From: Minisyncoccota bacterium
Lineage (GTDB): Bacteria > Patescibacteriota > Minisyncoccia > JAHIHE01 > JAGLIN01
Direction of reading: 5' to 3'
Length of the DNA: 64,000 nt
Assembly: GCA_041661265.1 (NCBI GenBank)
Contig: JBAZUT010000008.1
Coordinates: 1,134 to 65,133, forward strand
The notes beneath the pieces were generated by a model. The model made no database searches. It saw only the letters and a list, made by a program, of their open reading frames with translations, and was not told the origin of the DNA. The position numbers and the translations under genes are program-made. Shown here piece after piece: positions 57,646 through 64,000 of the stretch; position 1 is the first letter of the stretch; each line of letters begins with the position of its first letter.

Positions 57646-58371
57646 ATGAAAGGGATAATCTTGGCCGGAGGAAATGGCACTAGGCTTTTGCCTTGTACCA
57701 TGGTGATCAATAAACATCTCTTGCCTGTCTATGATAAACCGATGATCTATTACCCATTGCGGACTTTGGCTTATGCCGGAATAAAAGAAGTTTTAATAGT
57801 CATAGGAGGTAATAATCCGGGTGATTTCGTAAAACTTCTGAAGAATGGCAAAAGTTTCGGCTTAAAGGGAATCAATTATGAGTATCAGGAGGGGTCTGGC
57901 GGAATTGCCCAGGCGCTTAGCTTGGCAGAAGATTTTGCGAATAAAGAAAAGATCGCTGTACTGCTCGGAGACAATATCATTGAGGATAATATAAAAAAAA
58001 GTGTTGAAGATTTTAAAACTCAAAAAAAAGGCGCTAAGTTGTTTTTAAAAGAGGTGTCTGATCCTGAGAGATTCGGCGTTGCGGAGATAAAAGGAAATAA
58101 AATTATTGCGATTGAAGAGAAACCCAAAAAGCCTAAGACCAAATTAGCCGTTACCGGATTATACATGTACGATAGCCATGTTTTTGATGTCATAAGGACT
58201 TTGAAGCCTTCTGATCGCGGAGAACTGGAAATTACCGATGTCAACAACTATTATATTAAAAACAGTAATGTGACTTTTGAGATATTGAGTGGATATTGGG
58301 GTGATGTCGGGAAATTCGATTCGTTGCATGAAGCGGCGGATTATGTCAAAAGCAAGCACTTTAGATATTAG
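57646..58371 (+). CDS. rfbA: Glucose-1-phosphate thymidylyltransferase-like sugar nucleotidyltransferase (short RmlA-type)
   Basis: MKGIILAGGNGTRLLP...LGDNI. Confidence 0.75.
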   Translation: MKGIILAGGNGTRLLPCTMVINKHLLPVYDKPMIYYPLRTLAYAGIKEVLIVIGGNNPGDFVKLLKNGKSFGLKGINYEYQEGSGGIAQALSLAEDFANKEKIAVLLGDNIIEDNIKKSVEDFKTQKKGAKLFLKEVSDPERFGVAEIKGNKIIAIEEKPKKPKTKLAVTGLYMYDSHVFDVIRTLKPSDRGELEITDVNNYYIKNSNVTFEILSGYWGDVGKFDSLHEAADYVKSKHFRY

Positions 58372-58442
58372 ATCACAGTCCTTGTATAAAGATCATTGTT
58401 TTTTTCGGATGGTATTGTCAGATCGAATGAAGTTAACTGTCC

Positions 58443-58475
58443 AAAAAAAGAAAGGCCGTCGCCTTTCTTTTTAAA
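58443..58475. terminator. Bidirectional rho-independent terminator (GAAAGGC-cgtc-GCCTTTC flanked by A-run and T-run)
   Basis: Lies between the convergent genes 57646..58371 (+) and 58498..58878 (-). Confidence 0.6.
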
Positions 58476-58497
58476 ATTGATATCTTTTGCAATGTTT

Positions 58498-58878
58498 TTA
58501 GGAAACGCCCTTTGTCAGGACAACAGTAGAAACGACGATGACCATAGCATATGCGAGACCGCAGATGACCATGCCGATAACTCCGTAGGAGATAGTTTTC
58601 TTTGCAGTAGCAACTGAATCTTCATTTCCAGCAGCGGTTAGATATTGAAAACCGCCCATAATGATGACCAATGTAGCGATCATAGCGATGAAACCGAGAA
58701 TGAAGTTGGTAACATTCATAATCGATTGTATGATGTCGGTCTGTACGTTCTTTGGTGATCTTTTGGTTCCCCAAGTAGGGATAGTAGTAGCGAAAGCGAC
58801 TCCTGTCGTATATGCCAATGCGTATGCGATCGATAGAGAAGCAAATACGCTTTTTACCGTTTTTGTCATTTTGTTCAC
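58498..58878 (-). CDS. VirB2/TrbC-like pilin, paralog 1
   Basis: Signal peptide, then MNVTNFILGFIAMIATLVIIMGGFQYLTAAGNED...GVIGMVICGLAYAMVIVV. Confidence 0.6.
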   Translation of the reverse strand: MNKMTKTVKSVFASLSIAYALAYTTGVAFATTIPTWGTKRSPKNVQTDIIQSIMNVTNFILGFIAMIATLVIIMGGFQYLTAAGNEDSVATAKKTISYGVIGMVICGLAYAMVIVVSTVVLTKGVS

Positions 58879-58918
58879 CTCCTTTCAAATATAATAAAAA
58901 TAATTTCTGTAATAATTT

Positions 58919-59293
58919 TTATGTTGGCTTTAATACGGTTTCAACCAGTACGACTACGATAGCGTAGGCGAGGCCGCAGATTATAAGTCCCAGAAGTCCG
59001 TTTTTGATGGTCTTTTTTCCGGTTTCGGCTTGTGATTCGTCTCCGGCAGAGGTTAGATACAAGATACCGCCCCAGATTATGGCAAGCACTGCGATCGAAC
59101 CGACAAATCCCAGGATCCAGTTCGTCATGTTCAGTATCGCTTTGTCAAAACTTGTCGGAACGCTGTTCGGCTTCGAAGGCGCTGACCACTTGCTCGCTGC
59201 GCTCGCGACTTCTGTCGCGAATAACATTATATTAACAAAAAAGAATGAAAAAATGTGCTTTAAATTCATTCTTTTGCAGTGATTTTCGGTCAT
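58919..59293 (-). CDS. VirB2/TrbC-like pilin, paralog 2
   Basis: LNMTNWILGFVGSIAVLAIIWGGILYLTSAGDE. Confidence 0.6.
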   Translation of the reverse strand: MTENHCKRMNLKHIFSFFFVNIMLFATEVASAASKWSAPSKPNSVPTSFDKAILNMTNWILGFVGSIAVLAIIWGGILYLTSAGDESQAETGKKTIKNGLLGLIICGLAYAIVVVLVETVLKPT

Positions 59294-59325
59294 TTTTTTA
59301 TTTTATTTTTTAAAATATTTGAGAA

Positions 59326-59658
59326 CTATTTCAGTATCGTATTTACGAAGACTACGACCAATGCATAGGATATGCCCGAGATCACAAGTCCCATCAAAGC
59401 ATACTTGATCACTTTTTTGGCTTCGCTTGCAGTGTTCTGATCTCCCAGGGAATATGTGTATTTTATTCCGCCCCAGATAATCGCGAGCACTGCCATGGAA
59501 GCGACAAATCCCAGGATCCAGTTCGTCATATTCAGTACGGCTCTGTCAAAGTTACTAGGAAGGCCAAAATCATTTACGGGAAGGGCCCATTGCGCAGAGG
59601 CGATTTGGATCGGTGCAAGACAGACAGCTATATATAAAACAGGTTTTAATAAATTCAT
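59326..59658 (-). CDS. VirB2/TrbC-like pilin, paralog 3
   Basis: LNMTNWILGFVASMAVLAIIWGGIKYTYSLGDQ. Confidence 0.6.
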   Translation of the reverse strand: MNLLKPVLYIAVCLAPIQIASAQWALPVNDFGLPSNFDRAVLNMTNWILGFVASMAVLAIIWGGIKYTYSLGDQNTASEAKKVIKYALMGLVISGISYALVVVFVNTILK

Positions 59659-59716
59659 GAGTTCTATTGCTTATCTTGTGTTAATTATTGCACAATAAGT
59701 CTTGAAGGTCAAATGG

Positions 59717-60112
59717 CTATGTAAGTATGGTGCTGACTACAACGATCAGGGCATAGGATATGCCTACAACTACAAGTCCCATGAGGGAATATTGGACTAT
59801 TTTTTTGCCCGTTTGAGCTTGTTCCTGGTTTCCTGTGGACATAATATAATATAAACCTCCAATAATGATCATTATAACACAAATCGCCGTTGCAAAACCC
59901 AGGATCCATCCTGTCAGGTCGTGCAGGGCTGCAGTGAAGGCTTTTGATGGAATTCCCGCTCCGCAATCCGCCTTACAATTGAAGATGTCTTCGCCTGCTT
60001 TCCAGTCGCACGTGCCGTCGGGGCAAGCGGCAGCGATCACCCTATTGGCAGAGAATGGCAGAAATGTAAAAAACAAAACTAACAATAATTGTGCGAAAAA
60101 ACGCTTTTTCAT
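59717..60112 (-). CDS. VirB2/TrbC-like pilin, paralog 4, with a Cys-rich insert (CPDGTCDWKAGEDIFNCKADC)
   Basis: LHDLTGWILGFATAICVIMIIIGGLYYIMSTGNQE. Confidence 0.6.
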   Translation of the reverse strand: MKKRFFAQLLLVLFFTFLPFSANRVIAAACPDGTCDWKAGEDIFNCKADCGAGIPSKAFTAALHDLTGWILGFATAICVIMIIIGGLYYIMSTGNQEQAQTGKKIVQYSLMGLVVVGISYALIVVVSTILT

Positions 60113-60127
60113 TCGTTTTGAATATTT

Positions 60128-60556
60128 TTATTTATGAGCGCGATAGTTTTCAATTGCCTTATGGAGCGCCGTTGCGGCGAGGTTTGAACAATGCATTTTG
60201 ACCGGAGGAAGCCCCTCGAGGCTGTCCGCTACATTCTTGTTGGAAATTTTTAATGCCTCGTCCAGCGTTTTTCCTTTGGCAAGGTCCGTTACCATCGATG
60301 AGGTGGCGATCGCAGCTGCGCAGCCCAGGGTTTCGAATTTAATATCCTCTATCGAATCATTTCTTTTGTCTACTTTTATATAAATTTTCATCAGATCTCC
60401 GCAGACCGGATTGCCTGCTTCGCCTATTGCGTCCGCTATTTCGATTTTACCATAATTGTGCGGCTTTGTAAAATGCTCTATGACCTTTTTTGAATACATA
60501 TATGTAAATTTATAGTCTCGCGGTGCTTGATTAATGCTCTTATTGTATAATATCAT
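60128..60556 (-). CDS. iscU: Fe-S cluster assembly scaffold protein, IscU/NifU-like
   Basis: Three conserved Cys: NPVCGD, LGCAAAIAT, MHCSNLA. Likely start is at the internal MYSKKVIEHF. Confidence 0.8.
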   Translation of the reverse strand: MILYNKSINQAPRDYKFTYMYSKKVIEHFTKPHNYGKIEIADAIGEAGNPVCGDLMKIYIKVDKRNDSIEDIKFETLGCAAAIATSSMVTDLAKGKTLDEALKISNKNVADSLEGLPPVKMHCSNLAATALHKAIENYRAHK

Positions 60557-60917
60557 AGATTTGTGTCAAACGGGACTTTTGCGGGATGTTGAGGCGAAAC
60601 GCAAAAATGCGGTAAAGCTTCGAATTTGAATGTGTTTCTCCTACATTGCTCAGCCTACGTCCGGCTTTCCGTTCGTCGTAAAAATTTGACATTTATCCAA
60701 TGTTTGCTATTATTATATTACAGGAGATGATCATTGTGAAATCAAATAAAATAATTCCAGGCGAGGAAGAAAAGAAATTCATGGGAGAGCCTCTCCCAAT
60801 AAGATTTATGAACAGAATGTTCAATTTCTTCGGTTCTCTGGGACCGCCAAATAATGGTAAGGGCAGTTTTATGTAACTTCCCTTTTATTTTATCAAGATC
60901 GCGCGTTGCGCGTTTTT

Positions 60918-63269
60918 TTATTCATTGTCAAAATTTCGTGTAAAAACAGTTCCAAATATTTTGTCCGATGCAAGGTCTGTGCTGGCCTTCATTTCATTCA
61001 CAGCCGCAATTTGCATATTATTGGAAGTCCATGCGATCTTCCAGTTTATGGGAATTGTGATCAATGAATTGAATTTGCTTCCCCTGCTTCCCAATTGTTT
61101 CTGGACCAAAATGCTATATTTTTCGGCAGGTTTCGTGTAGTCGTCGAAATTTATCTTATATGGAAGCTTGTACTTGTATGTAACTTCAACTTTTTCTTTG
61201 GGGCTGACAAAGACCCAGTTTCCGAATACGGTCTTTCCCGATTCTTCGAATATCTGCGTTTTGGAATCAACGTCGATCCTAATGGTCTTTTCTATTTTTT
61301 CAACATCCTCATCGGTCTTGAATCCGCTGTAGTCCATCGGAGGGGCATATTCTTCAATGGTATGGCCTTTTGCTTCAAGGAGCGTGCTTCCGAGCGGAAC
61401 ATACACTCTCATATAATCCGCGTTTACGCGATTATACCAGTCATAGTCGCTGTCTCCTCCATTGTGGATCCTGGTTATTTTTACGGTATCAATGATCGAA
61501 CCATCGGCCATTATTTCGGTCCGGAGATCTATTGTTTCGTCGACGACAGCATCCGTTTTAAATCCGTTAATGTTACTGTTCACGACGCTGAGATAGTCCC
61601 CGCTTGAGTTCTGGATCTGTCCTCCCCATCCTCGTTTCAGGATCATGTTCTCTATTTCAGCCTCTCTGTGAAAAAGGACGATATGTTTTTCTTTCAGGCT
61701 TTTTTCGAATGCCTCGAATGTTCTCAGGTATTTTGATATTTTTTCTTGGGTTGAAAGATTCTCGGTATCCAGAAGTTTTTCTATGATCCTCGGAGCAAGA
61801 TCAGCCAAGAACTTTTTGGGATTGTTCTCTTTCTTGTCATACAGTTCCTCGACTTGAAGCTGGGTCATCCTTAAAAAATTATCCTTGTCTACGATCGTAT
61901 TGTATTCGGGCATTGCGATCGGTCCGGTGATCCCTAAAATATTTTCTATCACATTCGGAGTGATGGCTATGACGCCGTCAACCGTCGGTCCGCCTGTTTT
62001 CTCATAGAATGAGGCAACCTTTTTCGCGCTGAGCGGAAAATCCGCAAACCAGTTCGCATCGTGCATGCTCCAGGCGGCGCTGATCTTCTGGATCGGCATC
62101 GGAGGAACTATCTTTTCTTTGAGCTGGCCATCCGGATTGAATATTCCATCCACGAAGAAGTTCTCCAATTTGCCGTTTTCGATGTCGGCGATGGCATAGC
62201 TTCCGATAAAACCTCCGCCTGCCCTGATCTCGGTATTGTTCTCAAATATGAAAAGATATTTTTGCAGGCGGTTTTCGCTGCCCAGCATTTTGAGCAGTAT
62301 CGGAATGTCCTGGTCCAGATTTTTCATGTTATTTGCGACATAAGGAACCTTGTCTTTCAGTGTGGCCAGTTTTTCGCGATAATCTTCCGGAACGAAAGCA
62401 TCATCGATATTCTGCATGTTGTCACTTGCAGTTTCCAGGTGTGTTGAAATTTTCCTGATGTGTCCCTGAAGAGGATATATCTGGTCGATGGAGAAATTGT
62501 TCTTGTCCAGAAAGGAAATATCTTCGAAAAGGCCGGCAGCTTCTTTTCCGGCAAGGGAGACATTTTCTCCCGCTGATGCGATGTTCTTTGCTGTGGAAAG
62601 AGGCGTGTTGATGGGGAGGCTGTTCAGGATTCCGGAGATCCCCATTCCGAGGTCATCGATAGTGTTTTTGGTATTTGAAAAATAGAGATTTGCATTGGAA
62701 AGATTATTTTGAGTATTTACCAGATCGGAATTCGAGATGGAAATGCCGGCATCTTTCAGGTATCCCAACGCCTTTGTTCCTTCGGCGAGAACCTGATCTT
62801 TTCTCTCCAGCTCTTTTTCGAGGGAAGCCAGGCCAAAGACCATGGATGTTACGACCAAGGCGGATGACAAGAAGAAAACGAAATTCTTCGCAAAAGAGAA
62901 TGACGGGCGGGACAGCAGCAGCTTTTTTTCAGGCCTATCCGCCGCACTCGACTCCTTCATCTCGTTGCGGGTGTTTTTTGTCTCGATCTTTTTTTGGGCG
63001 GATCCTTTTTCCGGCCTGATGTCTTGTGGGCCATCGTTCTTGAAAGCGGCCTGTTCTACCCAATCCTTTCTTTTTTGGAAGACACGTTCCGTGCCGATCT
63101 TCGCGCTTTCCGTCCTGATTATTCCGGAAACGGACTTTTTGTTATTTTTTGTCGGAGCATCGGCGTTCTTTCTGGAAACAGAAAAATTGCGGAGATCAAC
63201 TACGCCTTTTGTCCTCAAGTCCCCCCTCTGATAGAGAAGGTTGGATTTTCTAACGGGAATGATGTCCAC
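60918..63269 (-). CDS. DUF4012-like large membrane-anchored extracytoplasmic protein
   Basis: N-terminal TM helix FFLSSALVVTSMVFGLASL. Central RAGGGFIGSYAIADIENGKL resembles the DUF4012 signature. Confidence 0.55.
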   Translation of the reverse strand: MDIIPVRKSNLLYQRGDLRTKGVVDLRNFSVSRKNADAPTKNNKKSVSGIIRTESAKIGTERVFQKRKDWVEQAAFKNDGPQDIRPEKGSAQKKIETKNTRNEMKESSAADRPEKKLLLSRPSFSFAKNFVFFLSSALVVTSMVFGLASLEKELERKDQVLAEGTKALGYLKDAGISISNSDLVNTQNNLSNANLYFSNTKNTIDDLGMGISGILNSLPINTPLSTAKNIASAGENVSLAGKEAAGLFEDISFLDKNNFSIDQIYPLQGHIRKISTHLETASDNMQNIDDAFVPEDYREKLATLKDKVPYVANNMKNLDQDIPILLKMLGSENRLQKYLFIFENNTEIRAGGGFIGSYAIADIENGKLENFFVDGIFNPDGQLKEKIVPPMPIQKISAAWSMHDANWFADFPLSAKKVASFYEKTGGPTVDGVIAITPNVIENILGITGPIAMPEYNTIVDKDNFLRMTQLQVEELYDKKENNPKKFLADLAPRIIEKLLDTENLSTQEKISKYLRTFEAFEKSLKEKHIVLFHREAEIENMILKRGWGGQIQNSSGDYLSVVNSNINGFKTDAVVDETIDLRTEIMADGSIIDTVKITRIHNGGDSDYDWYNRVNADYMRVYVPLGSTLLEAKGHTIEEYAPPMDYSGFKTDEDVEKIEKTIRIDVDSKTQIFEESGKTVFGNWVFVSPKEKVEVTYKYKLPYKINFDDYTKPAEKYSILVQKQLGSRGSKFNSLITIPINWKIAWTSNNMQIAAVNEMKASTDLASDKIFGTVFTRNFDNE

Positions 63270-63424
63270 AATAGAAAAATCAAAATTTAAAAATCAAAAT
63301 GCAAAATGAATGTGTTTTAAAAAATTTATAATTTTTAAAACTCCTAAATTTTGATCTTTGATTTTTGCACTTTGAATTATATCGGGATTTATTGAGTAAA
63401 GTATTATCTGTCGACAAAATGTTT

Positions 63425-64000
63425 TTACTTCAGCATCCTTTCGTATATTTTCAATGTTTCTCTTCCCATTTTTTCCCAGCTGTATTTTTTTACCTGCTCG
63501 AAACCTTTTTGTATGAGTTCATTATACAACTTTTTGTCCGTCAGAACCAGCCTCATTTTTTCCGCCATCTCCCTGTGGTTGTTCGGATCGAAATAGATCG
63601 CGGCGTCCCCAAGGATCTCTGGGAGGCTGGTTCTGTTTGACGAGATCACGGGCGTTCCCGAGGCGAATGACTCAAGGCCTATGAGGCCGAATCCTTCATA
63701 GAAAGAAGGTATAACAAATAAGCTCGCGGCATTGTAGAAGGCGGGAAGCTCTTCCTGGGCGATAAAGCCGATCCGCCTTATATCTTTTTCAAGGCCTAGT
63801 TTTTGCCAAGTTTTCCTGACTTCCGGATAATATGGATCTTCATTTCCGCCGAGAACCAGATCGAAATCCATTTTGTATTCTTTTTTCAGGACACCGAAAG
63901 CTTCTATGAGGCCTACGAGGTTCTTGTGATTCCTCCACACGCCCGTGTAAAAAATGAAAGGTTTATGAAGCGCGTATTTGCTTTTCAGCGCACTTATTTT
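63425..64000 (-). CDS. Glycosyltransferase family 4, C-terminal part (gene continues past the window end)
   Basis: YEGFGLIGLESFASGTPVISSN...EILGDAAIYFDP. The reading frame is open to nt 64000. Confidence 0.6.
   Translation of the reverse strand, partial: KISALKSKYALHKPFIFYTGVWRNHKNLVGLIEAFGVLKKEYKMDFDLVLGGNEDPYYPEVRKTWQKLGLEKDIRRIGFIAQEELPAFYNAASLFVIPSFYEGFGLIGLESFASGTPVISSNRTSLPEILGDAAIYFDPNNHREMAEKMRLVLTDKKLYNELIQKGFEQVKKYSWEKMGRETLKIYERMLK

Overview
This 64 kb window is a low-GC, gene-dense bacterial chromosomal segment. Its gene content (VirB4/VirB6/PrgI/VirB2-like type IV secretion components, many glycosyltransferases, small TrbC-like pilins, DUF4012) is compatible with a Patescibacteria/CPR-like or Gram-positive-like organism. 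The lineage is an inference, not something the sequence proves. All protein calls below come from reading the supplied ORF translations; no database search was run, and hand-counted coordinates of short motifs may be off by 1-2 nt.

Layout from start to end:
1. The 3' end of rsmA/ksgA, then an SPFH/band-7 protein and a membrane protein.
2. A type IV secretion-like cluster at 3.8-11.3 kb: VirB6/TrbL-like, PrgI/VirB3-like, a 224-aa VirB4 N-domain-like ORF and a VirB4 ATPase. Three Avd/23S-rRNA-IVS-type four-helix-bundle genes are interleaved, each flanked by inverted repeats. Two of them are a near-identical ~450 bp direct duplication.
3. Two near-identical GIY-YIG nuclease mini-elements with conserved flanking boxes, bracketing a membrane-protein gene (11.4-13.8 kb).
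4. A VirB2-like pilin with a long Cys-rich extension.
5. A variable surface-protein region at 15-21.6 kb: secreted protein and lipoprotein paralogs sharing a promoter/leader, an AbiEi/AbiEii module, and a ~270 nt structured dispersed repeat with compensatory stem changes.
6. LemA, an ABC substrate-binding protein, a TPM-domain protein, and tRNA-Ser(CGA) with an adjacent disrupted tRNA fragment.
7. A large low-complexity membrane protein, then pnp-NYN-rpsO, a Xer recombinase and tRNA-Leu(TAG).
8. A ~25 kb surface-glycan/glycosylation island at 33-58 kb: five GT-C ArnT/PMT-like paralogs, an ArnC-like GT2, Ugd, RmlA, RmlB, a DegT aminotransferase, five SAM methyltransferases, a Wzx flippase and several GT2/GT4 genes.
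9. Four tandem VirB2/TrbC-like pilin genes, IscU, a DUF4012 protein and a partial GT4 at the end.

No CRISPR array, rRNA gene or reverse transcriptase was seen.
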